Assembly: GCA_964016885.1 (NCBI GenBank)
Contig: OZ024740.1
Span: 435,116,001-435,180,000, forward strand
Direction: 5' to 3'
Length of the DNA: 64,000 nucleotides
Source of the DNA: Eledone cirrhosa
Lineage: Eukaryota
Positions 41,712 to 55,100 of the stretch are shown here, in pieces (the first letter of the stretch is position 1; every line of letters starts with the position of its first letter). Under the pieces are notes generated by a model. It made no database searches, was not told where the DNA came from, and saw only the letters and a program-made list of their open reading frames with translations. Both the position numbers and the translations under genes were made by a program.

Positions 41712-42579
41712 AAACTCTTTCTAGGTGTATATTAGATTTATAAATAAATTACCACCAAATATCATAATACATCTGTTTAAGTTTATGGAAATTTATTTTT
41801 CTTTCTCACGCTCTGGTCATATATTTTGGTGTTATATTTAAGGTTCCTAGCAATAGTTAATTGTATTTATGTGTGTTTATATTTTCATTCTGACCACTGG
41901 ACAGAACTGGTCATACAGTATAGTTAACCATGATGTAGTATTTTTGTAACAATAAAACTTTAAGGGAACTACACCGGTCCGGCCTCCTGTCATTTTAATC
42001 TATCTATATATAATAATAAGTTGACGGACCTAGCTTAGGTATCATTGCTCCGGTTGCATCTCAGCGTACTCAATAGGTAATGTTAAATAAATTCCTAGAG
42101 TATACACTGCAACAAACGGGTACCTATAGTAGTTCCCGAACTCGAGTTTCGGCCAATATATAAACAATCTAAGGAGTATAGTTTGTGTAAAAGTGGAATG
42201 TTGCTCCTCACCCTTACGGCCGTATATTTGTCACCCTCCAATATCCCGCCATTCACCCAATATGTAAAAGTTAAGTGTAAGGTGTGCGTGTTACTATCTC
42301 AGACCAACTGTCACAACATAACAGGGAACAACAACAAAACTAAATTAGTTTCACCATCATCATCTCTGGTTATATTGAGTGAGTTTATAAGGACTCCAGA
42401 GAAAGTAAACCCAGGATACACGCCCCTGGTAAAATATCTGTTTACTTATCAAACTACCAAGTTTGATAAGTAAACAGATATTTTAAACAATATAAAGGCC
42501 AGTTACTGCAACGGCCTAAATAATTATATTAGAACTCGTCCTATGGAGTTGCTCTCTACCTTTGATATTTCGGCCAGAC

Positions 42580-42625
<46 letters not shown>

Positions 42626-43479
42626 TTTAAGGTTTACAGGTCGCTAAAGTTTGTAACTTACCGTCAAACGGTTGTCGTCGGGTTCGGAATCGCTTAATCT
42701 TCTGTTTAGATCCATACATGTGCTTGATTAAGACAAACTTTAGATCCGTTTATTACAACAAGTGTTGCAGTATATATATTATTATTATTATATATAAACC
42801 AATGTAGATGTTTAGTGAAATATTTAGAGCTGGAGATCCAAGAGGCTTCTGATAAACATTCATAGATGTAATAAATATAAAATATATCGCAGCAGAATGT
42901 CAAACTATATGAAGGGACGAGTGTGTAAAGATAAGTTTAACTGTAGAAATAATATGTCGTCCCCTAGACTGAAATAACTGTCTGTCCATAGTTATTAAGG
43001 AACAATAATAATAGGTGGATGTTGTCTAGCTGACCAATATATAGTAAGATAGGACTGAGGTTATTACAGAGAGACTGTGTTGTCTATAGTGACGATAACT
43101 TTATGTGGTGGGAGAGGGAGAGAAAGGGAGTGGGAGAAGAGGTGAGGGGAAATAAAGAACGATCCCATGAGAGAGAGTGAAAGGGAGAAAATGAGGGAGG
43201 GGCAGAGAGAAGGTGAGAGTGAGGAAGGGACAAAGACAGGGAGAGAAGGGGGGACGAGGCGGAGCGGTAAGATATATATAGATAAAAAATGGGAAGTAGA
43301 AGGTGAGAAAATGAGAGAGAGAGAGAAAGAGAGAAAACTGGAGAGGGTGGGAGGAGAAAGAGAGGTAGAAATAGATGGAAGAGAGAAGAAGTGAGATATG
43401 GAGGAGTTAATGACAATCAAAGAATAACAGAGACAGAAATATAGAGAAATTATAGAGAGAAAAAATGAGGTATATATAT

Positions 43480-44175
43480 ATATATAGTGTATATAGTAGA
43501 TTTATATATACACAGTGTGTATAGTAGATTTATATATACACAGTGTGTATAGTAGATATATATATAGTGTGTATAGTAGATTTATGTGTGTATAGTAGAT
43601 TTATATATATATATAGTGTATATAGTAGATTTATATATATATATATAGTGTATATAGTAGATTTATATATACACAGTGTGTATAGTAGATATATATATAG
43701 TGTGTATAGTAGATTTATATATATATAGTGTGTATAGTAGATTTATATATATATATAGTGTATATAGTAGATTTATATATATATATATAGTGTATATAGT
43801 AGATTTATATATATATATATAGTGTATATAGTAGATTTATATATATATATAGTGTATATAGTAGATTTATATATACACAATGTATATAGTAGATTTATAT
43901 ATACACAGTGTGTATAGTAGATATATATATAGTGTGTATAGTAGATTTATATATGTATAGTGCGTATAGTAGATTTATATATGTATAGTGCGTATAGTAG
44001 ATTTATATATATATATAGTGTATATAGTAGATTTATATATATATATAGTGTATATAGTAGATATATATATACACTGTGTATAGTAGATATATATATAGTG
44101 TGTATAGTAGATTTATATATATACACAGTGTGTATAGTAGATTTATATATATACACAGTGTGTATAGTAGATTTA
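43480..44175. repeat. ~26-bp minisatellite AGTGT(A/G)TATAGTAGATTTATATATA
   Basis: Tandem repetition. Confidence 0.9.
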
Positions 44176-44634
44176 AAGACGAAAATATACAAGTTTACTT
44201 TCTTAAAGAACATAACAGTGTAGTTGGGTGTGTAAAGGATAACACACACACACACACATATATATAGTAACAATAATAAATTTGAAGACTGAAATCCAAA
44301 GATCCCGTTAACGGTGAAAGCAGCAATTCTTTGCTTAAACTTTAATCTGTTATTTTAATAAATATATATATATATAAATGGAATAGAATGATTTATGTAT
44401 ATATATACATACTACTGTACGTCTGTATACATATATGTATGTACGTATACATACATACTTACATATATATATATATATATATATAACCAAGGAAGTGTGG
44501 TAAGGAACCAGGTGGACCATAACGCACCAGAGTACTCGATACGTTGGGTAGTAGAGTGGGTAATAGGAAAATGTTCAAGACCCCAACGGCAGAGCTCAAC
44601 CCGTTTCGACGAAATGGCTTGAGCTCTGCCGCCG

Positions 44635-45012
44635 GGGTTAGAGGTTAGTGCATTGACCTTGCAATCGAAAGGTTGTGAGTTCAATTCTCAGACCAGGTGA
44701 TGTGTTGTTTCCTTGAGCAAGACACTTTATTTCACATTGCTCCAGTTTACTCAGCTGTAGAAATGAGATGATAGGGACAGGGGTCCCTATCATTCCACTG
44801 CAAAGTGGTTGTGGAGGTGCCACGGCAAAAATGCACCCAGCACTCACTGTAAATGAGGTTGGTGTTAGGAAGGGCATCCAGCTGTAGAAACCAAGCCAGA
44901 ATCAGTTCCCGTATGAGCAAGGCAAGGTCAGCCGACTGGACACTGCCCACAACAGGAAACCCGTCTAACCCATGCTAGCTTGGAAGAACGGACGTAAAAC
45001 GGTGATGATGAT
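44635..45012 (+). mobile_element. SINE family 2 with RTE-A-type tail
   Basis: Same head and body as 15779-16123, but ends ATGAGCAAGGC..AACCCATGCTAGC..GGACGTAAAACGG(TGA)n. Confidence 0.82.
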
Positions 45013-45026
45013 ATATATATATATAT

Positions 45027-45206
45027 ATGTTTCTTCTTTTGGGACAAGGCCAGCAATTACTCCAGTGCATTACTGGTACTTTATTTTATCGACCCCGTAA
45101 GGATATAAGATAAAGTTAACATCGGCAGGATTTTGATTCAGACCGTAAAGGGATGTAACCCTATGCTGCAAAGCATGGCATCCGACCCTCTACCGATATT
45201 GTCAAT
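45027..45206 (-). mobile_element. SINE family 1
   Basis: Similar to 9806-9990. Confidence 0.75.
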
Positions 45207-45335
45207 CTGGCGGTGCCACAGCATGGCCTTAGCCTTTCGGCTGGAACACATAATAGAGTAATGACATTTTTTCTAAAGACATTTTTTCCAATTCCAACCC
45301 ACCCGTCCCTTCAATCTATTTTATTTCTCATTCTT

Positions 45336-45371
45336 TCTTCTGACGAAGGACTAGCGTCCGAAACGTTAAGA
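45336..45371 (+). ncRNA. Minimal hammerhead motif
   Basis: UCUU CUGACGA A GGAC-UAGC-GUCC GAAA CG UU AAGA. Confidence 0.62.
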
Positions 45372-45443
45372 CCCTCTTCCTGCTACATCAAGCGTTAACC
45401 TAATATATACCTCCCATATACTGTACTGATTGTGTTATTTCTG

Positions 45444-45518
<75 letters not shown>

Positions 45519-45622
45519 CAAAAGGGATATTCAATTTGTTGGTAATTCAACTTATCCAGGAAAAACTTGAACCGTTCAGGTATTTTTTCTTGGCTATGTC
45601 AATATTTATAAAACAAACTTTG

Positions 45623-45683
45623 TATTTTATCTGATGAGAGCGTACCAAAGTTTTGGTACCCTTGAAATATATATAATAGAATA
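45623..45683 (+). ncRNA. Type I hammerhead motif, canonical CUGAUGA core
   Basis: UAUUUUAU CUGAUGA GAG(C)GUACCAAA-GU-UUUGGUAC(C)CUU GAAA UAUAUA UA AUAGAAUA. Confidence 0.72.
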
Positions 45684-45689
45684 AAACTA

Positions 45690-48163
45690 ATAATTGTTTC
45701 TACTTTTGGCACAAGGCCAGCAATTACTCAGAGCATTACTGGTACTTTATTTTATCGTCCCCGTAAGGATGAAAGGCAAAGTTAACCTCGGCGGGATTTG
45801 AACTCAGAATGGCAAGGACCGTAACTCTATGTGTCCGACCCTCTACCGATACTGCCAATCCACTGCCCTAGCATGGCGTCCGACCCTCTACCGATACTGC
45901 CAATCCACTGCCCTAGCAAGGCGTCCGACCCTCTACCGATACTGCCAATCCACTGCCCTAGCAAGGCGTCCGACCCTCTACCGATACTGCCAATCTACCA
46001 CCCTAGCATGGCGTCCGACCCTCTACCGATACTGCCAATCCACTGCCCTAGCAAGGCGTCCGACCCTCTACCGATACTGCCAATCCACTGCCCTAGCAAG
46101 GCGTCCGACCCTCTACCGATACTGCCAATCTACCACCCTAGCATGGCGTCCGACCCTCTACCGATACTGCCAATCTACCACCCTAGCATGGCGTCCGACC
46201 CTCTACCGATACTGCCAATCCACTGCCCTAGCAAGGCGTCCGACCCTCTACCGATACTGCCAATCTACCACCCTAGCATGGCGTCCGACCCTCTACCGAT
46301 ACTGCCAATCTACCACCCTAGCATGGCGTCCGACCCTCTACCGATACTGCCAATCCACTGCCCTAGCATGGCGTCCGACCCTCTACCGATACTGCCAATC
46401 TACCACCCTAGCATGGCGTCCGACCCTCTACCGATACTGCCAATCTACCACCCTAGCATGGCGTCCGACCCTCTACCGATACTGCCAATCCACCGCCCTA
46501 GCATGGCGTCCGACCCTCTACCGATACTGCCAATCCACTGCCCTAGCAAGGCGTCCGACCCTCTACCGATACTGCCAATCTACCACCCTAGCATGGCGTC
46601 CGACCCTCTACCGATACTGCCAATCCACTGCCCTAGCAAGGCGTCCGACCCTCTACCGATACTGCCAATCCACTGCCCTAGCAAGGCGTCCGACCCTCTA
46701 CCGATACTGCCAATCTACCACCCTAGCATGGCGTCCGACCCTCTACCGATACTGCCAATCTACCACCCTAGCATGGCGTCCGACCCTCTACCGATACTGC
46801 CAATCCACCGCCCTAGCATGGCGTGCGACCCTCTACCGATACTGCCAATCCACTGCCCTAGCAAGGCGTCCGACCCTCTACCGATACTGCCAATCTACCA
46901 CCCTAGCATGGCGTCCGACCCTCTACCGATACTGCCAATCCACTGCCCTAGCAAGGCGTCCGACCCTCTACCGATACTGCCAATCCACTGCCCTAGCAAG
47001 GCGTCCGACCCTCTACCGATACTGCCAATCTACCACCCTAGCATGGCGTCCGACCCTCTACCGATACTGCCAATCCACTGCCCTAGCAAGGCGTCCGACC
47101 CTCTACCGATACTGCCAATCTACCACCCTAGCAAGGCGTCCGACCCTCTACCGATACTGCCAATCCACTGCCCTAGCAAGGCGTCCGACCCTCTACCGAT
47201 ACTGCCAATCTACCACCCTAGCAAGGCGTCCGACCCTCTACCGATACTGCCAATCCACTGCCCTAGCAAGGCGTCCGACCCTCTACCGATACTGCCAATC
47301 TACCACCCTAGCAAGGCGTCCGACCCTCTACCGATACTGCCAATCCACTGCCCTAGCAAGGCGTCCGACCCTCTACCGATACTGCCAATCTACCACCCTA
47401 GCAAGGCGTCCGACCCTCTACCGATACTGCCAATCCACTGCCCTAGCAAGGCGTCCGACCCTCTACCGATACTGCCAATCTACCACCCTAGCAAGGCGTC
47501 CGACCCTCTACCGATACTGCCAATCCACTGCCCTAGCAAGGCGTCCGACCCTCTACCGATACTGCCAATCTACCACCCTAGCATGGCGTCCGACCCTCTA
47601 CCGATACTGCCAATCCACTGCCCTAGCATGGCGTCCGACCCTCTACCGATACTGCCAATCTACCACCCTAGCAAGGCGTCCGACCCTCTACCGATACTGC
47701 CAATCTACCACCCTAGCATGGCGTCCGACCCTCTACCGATACTGCCAATCCACTGCCCTAGCATGGCGTCCGACCCTCTACCGATACTGCCAATCTACCA
47801 CCCTAGCAAGGCGTCCGACCCTCTACCGATACTGCCAATCTACCACCCTAGCATGGCGTCCGACCCTCTACCGATACTGCCAATCTACCACCCTAGCATG
47901 GCGTCCGACCCTCTACCGATACTGCCAATCTACCACCCTAGCATGGCGTCCGACCCTCTACCGATACTGCCAATCTACCACCCTAGCAAGGCGTCCGACC
48001 CTCTACCGATACTGCCAATCTACCACCCTAGCATGGCGTCCGACCCTCTACCGATACTGCCAATCTACCACCCTAGCATGGCGTCCGACCCTCTACTGAT
48101 ACTGCCAATCTACCACCCTAGCAAGGCGTCCGACCCTCTACCGATACTGCCAATCCACCGCCT
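45690..48163 (-). mobile_element. SINE family 1 with its 5' head amplified into a satellite
   Basis: SINE 3' body at 45690-45833 runs directly into the 45-bp array. Confidence 0.75.
45834..48163. repeat. 45-bp minisatellite GTCCGACCCTCTACCGATACTGCCAATC(CACTG/TACCA)CCCTAGCA(A/T)GGC
   Basis: About 52 highly homogeneous units. Confidence 0.97.
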
Positions 48164-48375
48164 AAGCGTGAAACTAATAACATTTGTACTGCCTCTTCGC
48201 TTCCACGTTTTTTTGTTTTGTTTACTGTCTCAACTTTAAAATATATATATATATATATATATACCATATATATATATACCATATATATATACCATATATA
48301 TATATACCATATATGTTACTTTGTTTTATGTTGTTTTCGTGGAATTACGATTATAAGGTTTCCAGTCCAACCTTC

Positions 48376-48416
<41 letters not shown>

Positions 48417-49186
48417 CTATCTTAAGTTCTGTGGGTGGAGATTTTTCTCATTCATACGTATACACTCCCGGTTCTCTGTACACCTTCCTTATGTTTTGGT
48501 AACCTGATAGCAGGATGACATGTTAATCTCAGGTAAATAAGAAACTAAAATGTCTCTGTTGTAGTTTATCAAAAGGACAGAACTAACAAAACTAGGAACG
48601 AGTGGATAGTGAGTGACTGATATGGTTGGTGTTGTTCAACTACTGGTCACACCAAACGAGTAGACCAACTTGGGTTTGTTTTTTAAAGACATAGTATATG
48701 AATAAAGGAAGATCTGTCTGCTATTTCTAGCAGGCCGAGAGAGATCAAGATCTGACTGCTATTTCTAGGAGGTCGAGAGAGAGAGAGGGAGGTCGAGAGA
48801 GAGAGAGAGACCTGACTGCTATTTCTAGGAGGTCATGCTACCACTTACATGCGACAGCAGTTGTTGCCAGAAACTTAAGACTGAGAAAATTGCTAGTGAA
48901 AGGAAACAACGATTAAGACATTGCTTTGATGATCAACTTTATTTTAATTCACTTAAAACCCTAAATCCTCTTATCTCCTGCTTTAAACCTTTGCCTACAA
49001 ATATCAACACATCTGTTAAGTAATAGTAGTAGTAGTAGCACTAATACTACTAGTAGTAGTAGTAGTAGTAGTAGTAGTAGCAGTAATAATTACAACAGTG
49101 ACATAAACGTCAACTGTTAGAGAAAGAAGGCAATGCACAGATACATCAGGCATAATTACTACATACACAAGCACAAGGATAGGGTC

Positions 49187-52100
49187 CACTGTCACTAGCC
49201 CCATCTCTGTGTATGGTCCAAACAGGGAAGAGTAGAACTCCTACTGTCACCACCCCATCTCTGTGTATGGTCCAAACAGGGAAGTGTAGAACTCCCACTG
49301 TCACCACCCCCATCTCTGTGTATGGTCCAAACAGGGAAGAGTAGAACTCCCACTGTCACCACCCCCATCTCTGTGTATGGTCCAAACAGGGAAGAGTAGA
49401 ACTCCCACTGTCACCACCCCCATCTCTGTGTATGGTCCAAACAGGGAAGAGTAGAACTCCCACTGTCACCACCCCCATCTCTGTGTATGGTCCAAACAGG
49501 GAAGAGTAGAACTCCCACTGTCACTAACCCCATCTCTGTGTATGGTCCAAACAGGGAAGAGTAGAACTCCCACTGTCACCACCCCATCTCTGTGTATGGT
49601 CCAAACAGGGAAGAGTAGAACTCCCACTGTCACTAACCCCATCTCTGTGTATGGTCCAAACAGGGAAGAGTAGAACTCCCACTGTCACCACCCCATCTCT
49701 GTGTATGGTCCAAACAGGGAAGAGTAGAACTCCCACTGTCACCACCCCCATCTCTGTGTATGGTCCAAACAGGGAAGAGTAGAACTCCCACTGTCACCAC
49801 CCCCATCTCTGTGTATGGTCCAAACCGGGAAGAGTAGAACTCCCACTGTCACCACCCCCATCTCTGTGTATGGTCCAAACAGGGAAGAGTAGAACTCCCA
49901 CTGTCACCACCCCCATCTCTGTGTATGGTCCAAACAGGGAAGAGTAGAACTCCCACTGTCACCACCCCCATCTCTGTGTATGGTCCAAACAGGGAAGAGT
50001 AGAACTCCCACTGTCACCACCCCCATCTCTGTGTATGGTCCAAACAGGGAAGAGTAGAACTCCCACTGTCACCACCCCCATCTCTGTGTATGGTCCAAAC
50101 AGGGAAGAGTAGAACTCCCACTGTCACCACCCCATCTCTGTGTATGGTCCAAACAGGGAAGAGTAGAACTCCCACTGTCACTAACCCCATCTCTGTGTAT
50201 GGTCCAAACAGGGAAGAGTAGAACTCCCACTGTCACCACCCCCATCTCTGTGTATGGTCCAAACAGGGAAGAGTAGAACTCCCACTGTCACCACCCCATC
50301 TCTGTGTATGGTCCAAACAGGGAAGAGTAGAACTCCCACTGTCACCACCCCCATCTCTGTGTATGGTCCAAACAGGGAAGAGTAGAACTCCCACTGTCAC
50401 CACCCCCATCTCTGTGTATGGTCCAAACAGGGAAGAGTAGAACTCCCACTGTCACCACCCCCATCTCTGTGTATGGTCCAAACCGGGAAGAGTAGAACTC
50501 CCACTGTCACCACCCCCATCTCTGTGTATGGTCCAAACAGGGAAGAGTAGAACTCCCACTGTCACCACCCCCATCTCTGTGTATGGTCCAAACAGGGAAG
50601 AGTAGAACTCCCACTGTCACCACCCCCATCTCTGTGTATGGTCCAAACAGGGAAGAGTAGAACTCCCACTGTCACCACCCCATCTCTGTGTATGGTCCAA
50701 ACAGGGAAGAGTAGAACTCCCACTGTCACTAACCCCATCTCTGTGTATGGTCCAAACAGGGAAGAGTAGAACTCCCACTGTCACCACCCCATCTCTGTGT
50801 ATGGTCCAAACAGGGAAGAGTAGAACTCCCACTGTCACCACCCCCATCTCTGTGTATGGTCCAAACAGGGAAGAGTAGAACTCCCACCGTCACTAACCCC
50901 ATCTCTGTGTATGGTCCAAACAGGGAAGAGTAGAACTCCCACTGTCACCACCCCCATCTCTGTGTATGGTCCAAACAGGGAAGAGTAGAACTCCCACTGT
51001 CACCACCCCATCTCTGTGTATGGTCCAAACAGGGAAGAGTAGAACTCCCACTGTCACTGACCCCATCTCTGTGTATGGTCCAAACAGGGAAGAGTAGAAC
51101 TCGCACTGTCACCACCCCCATCTCTGTGCATGGTTCAAACAGGGAAGAGTAGAACTCCCGCTGCCACTGACCCCATCTCTGTGTATGGTCCAAACAGGGA
51201 AGAGTAGAACTCCCACTGTCACTAACCCCATCTCTGTGTATGGTCCAAACAGGGAAGAGTAGAACTCCCACTGTCACCACCCCCATCTCTGTGTATGGTC
51301 CAAACAGGGAAGAGTAGAACTCCCACTGTCACTGACCCCATCTCTGTGTATGGTCCAAACAGGGAAGAGTAGAACTCCCACTGTCACCACCCCCATCTCT
51401 GTGTATGGTCCAAACAGGGAAGAGTAGAACTCCCACTGTCACCACCCCCATCTCTGTGTATGTTCCAAACAGGGAAGAGTAGAACTCCCACTGTCACTAA
51501 CCCCATCTCTGTGTATGGTCCAAACAGGGAAGAGTAGAACTCCCACTGTCACCACCCCCATCTCTGTGTATGGTCCAAACAGGGAAGAGTAGAACTCCCA
51601 CTGTCACTAACCCCATCTCTGTGTATGGTCCAAACAGGGAAGAGTAGAACTCCCACTGTCACCACCCCATCTCTGTGTATGGTCCAAACAGGGAAGAGTA
51701 GAACTCCCACTGTCACCACCCCATCTCTGTGTATGGTCCAAACAGGGAAGAGTAGAACTCCCACTGTCACTAACCCCATCTCTGTGTATGGTCCAAACAG
51801 GGAAGAGTAGAACTCCCACTGTCACTAACCCCATCTCTGTGTATGGTCCAAACAGGGAAGAGTAGAACTCCCACTGTCACTAACCCCATCTCTGTGTATG
51901 GTCCAAACAGGGAAGAGTAGAACTCCCACTGTCACTAACCCCATCTCTGTGTATGGTCCAAACAGGGAAGAGTAGAACTCCCACTGTCACTGACCCCATC
52001 TCTGTGTATGGTCCAAACAGGGAAGAGTAGAACTCCCACTGTCACTAACCCCATCTCTGTGTATGGTCCAAACAGGGAAGAGTAGAACTCCCACTGTCAC

Positions 52101-55100
52101 CACCCCCATCTCTGTGTATGGTCCAAACAGGGAAGAGTAGAACTCCCACTGTCACCACCCCCATCTCTGTGTATGGTCCAAACAGGGAAGAGTAGAACTC
52201 CCACTGTCACCACCCCCATCTCTGTGTATGGTCCAAACAGGGAAGAGTAGAACTCCCACTGTCACTAACCCCAACTCTGTGTATGGTCCAAACAGGGAAG
52301 AGTAGAACTCCCACTGTCACTGACCCCATCTCTGTGTATGGTCCAAACAGGGAAGAGTAGAACTCCCACTGTCACTAACCCCATCTCTGTGTATGGTCCA
52401 AACAGGGACGAAGAGAACTCCCACTGTCACCACCCCCATCTCTCTGTATGGTCCAAACAGGGAAGAGTAGAACTCCCACTGTCACCACCCCCATCTCTGT
52501 GTATGGTCCAAACAGGGAAGAGTAGAACTCCCACTGTCACTAACCCCATCTCTGTGTATGGTCCAAACAGGGAAGAGTAGAACTCCCACTGTCACCACCC
52601 CCATCTCTGTGTATGGTCCAAACAGGGAAGAGTAGAACTCCCACTGTCACTAACCCCATCTCTGTGTATGGTCCAAACAGGGAAGAGTAGAACTCCCACT
52701 GTCACTAACCCCATCTCTGTGTATGTTCCAAACAGGGAAGAGTAGAACTCCCACTGTCACTAACCCCATCTCTGTGTATGGTCCAAACAGGGAAGAGTAG
52801 AACTCCCACTGTCACTAACCCCATCTCTGTGTATGGTCCAAACAGGAAAGAGTAGAACTCCCACTGTCACCACCCCCATCTCTGTGTATGTTCCAAACAG
52901 GGAAGAGTAGAACTCCCACTGTCACTAACCCCATCTCTGTGTATGGTCCAAACAGGAAAGAGTAGAACTCCCACTGTCACTAACCCCATCTCTGTGTATG
53001 GTCCAAACAGGGAAGAGTAGAACTCCCACTGTCACCACCCCATCTCTGTGTATGGTCTAAACAGGGAAGAGTAGAACTCCCACTGTCACTGACCCCATCT
53101 CTGTGTATGGTCCAAACAGGGAAGAGTAGAACTCCCACTGTCACCACCCCCATCTCTGTGTATGGTCCAAACAGGGAAGAGTAGAACTCCCACTGTCACT
53201 GACCCCATCTCTGTGTATGGTCCAAACAGGGAAGAGTAGAACTCCCACTGTCACTAACCCCATCTCTGTGTATGGTCCAAACAGGGAAGAGTAGAACTCC
53301 CACTGTCACCACCCCATCTCTGTGTATGGTCCAAACAGGGAAGAGTAGAACTCCCACTGTCACCACCCCCATCTCTGTGTATGGTCCAAACAGGGAAGAG
53401 TAGAACTCCCACTGTCACCACCCCCATCCCTGTGTATGGTCCAAACAGGGAAGAGTAGAACTCCCACTGTCACTGACCCCATCTGTGTATGGTCCAAACA
53501 GGGAAGAGTAGAACTCCCACTGTCACTGACCCCATCTGTGTATGGTCCAAACAGGGAAGAGTAGAACTCCCACTGTCACCACCCCCATCTCTGTGTATGG
53601 TCCAAACAGGGAAGAGTAGAACTCCCATTGTCACCACCCCATCTCTGTGTATGGTCCAAACAGGGAAGAGTAGAACTCCCACTGTCACTAACCCCATCTC
53701 TGTGTATGGTCCAAACAGGGAAGAGTAGAACTCCCACTGTCACCACCCCATCTCAGTGTATGGTCCAAACAGGGAAGAGTAGAACTCCCACTGTCACTAA
53801 CCCCATCTCTGTGTATGGTCCAAACAGGGAAGAGTAGAACTCCCACTGTCACCACCCCATCTCTGTGTATGGTCCAAACAGGGAAGAGTAGAACTCCCAC
53901 TGTCACTAACCCCATCTCTGTGTATGGTCCAAACAGGGAAGAGTAGAACTCCCACTGTCACTAACCCCATCTCTGTGTATGGTCCAAACAGGGAAGAGTA
54001 GAACTCCCACTGTTACTAACCCCATCTCTGTGTATGGTCCAAACAGGGAAGAGTAGAACTCCCACTGTCACTAACCCCATCTCTGTGTATGGTCCAAACA
54101 GGGAAGAGTAGAACTCCCACTGTCACCACCCCATCTCTGTGTATGGTCCAAACAGGGAAGAGTAGAACTCCCACTGTCACTAACCCCATCTCTGTGTATG
54201 GTCCAAACAGGGAAGAGTAGAACTCCCACTGTCACTAACCCCATCTCTGTGTATGGTCCAAACAGGGAAGAGTAGAACTCCCACTGTCACTAACCCCATC
54301 TCTGTGTATGGTCCAAACAGGGAAGAGTAGAACTCCCACTGTCACTAACCCCATCTCTGTGTATGGTCCAAACAGGGAAGAGTAGAACTCCCACTGTCAC
54401 CACCCCATCTCTGTATATGGTCCAAACAGGGAAGAAGAGAACTCCCACTGTCACTGACCCCATCTCTGTGTATGGTCCAAACAGGGAAGAAGAGAACTCC
54501 CACTGTCACCACCCCCATCTCTCTGTATGGTCCAAACAGGGAAGAGTAGAACTCCCACTGTCACCACCCCCATCTCTGTGTATGGTCCAAACAGGGAAGA
54601 GTAGAACTCCCACTGTCACTGACCCCATCTCTGTGTATGGTCCAAACAGGGAAGAGTAGAACTCCCACTGTCACTAACCCCATCTCTGTGTATGGTCCAA
54701 ACAGGGAAGAAGAGAACTCCCACTGTCACCACCCCCATCTCTCTGTATGGTCCAAACAGGGAAGAGTAGAACTCCCACTGTCACCACCCCATCTCTGTGT
54801 ATGGTCCAAACAGGGAAGAGTAGAACTCCCACTGTCACTGACCCCATCTCTGTGTATGGTCCAAACAGGGAAGAGTAGAACTCCCACTGTCACCACCCCC
54901 ATCTCTGTGTATGGTCCAAACAGGGAAGAGTAGAACTCCCACTGTCACCACCCCATCTCTGTGTATGGTCCAAACAGGGAAGAGTAGAACTCCCACTGTC
55001 ACTAACCCCATCTCTGTGTATGGTCCAAACAGGGAAGAGTAGAACTCCCACTGTCACTAACCCCATCTCTGTGTATGGTCCAAACAGGGAAGAGTAGAAC

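Noticed and set aside
41998-42590. Helitron-like start ATCTATATATAATAATA (also ~4557)
   Set aside because: No 3' hairpin plus CTAG end found, and the motif is easily produced by TA repeats
45829-48239. 756-aa and 802-aa repetitive ORFs
   Set aside because: 45-bp satellite derived from a SINE head
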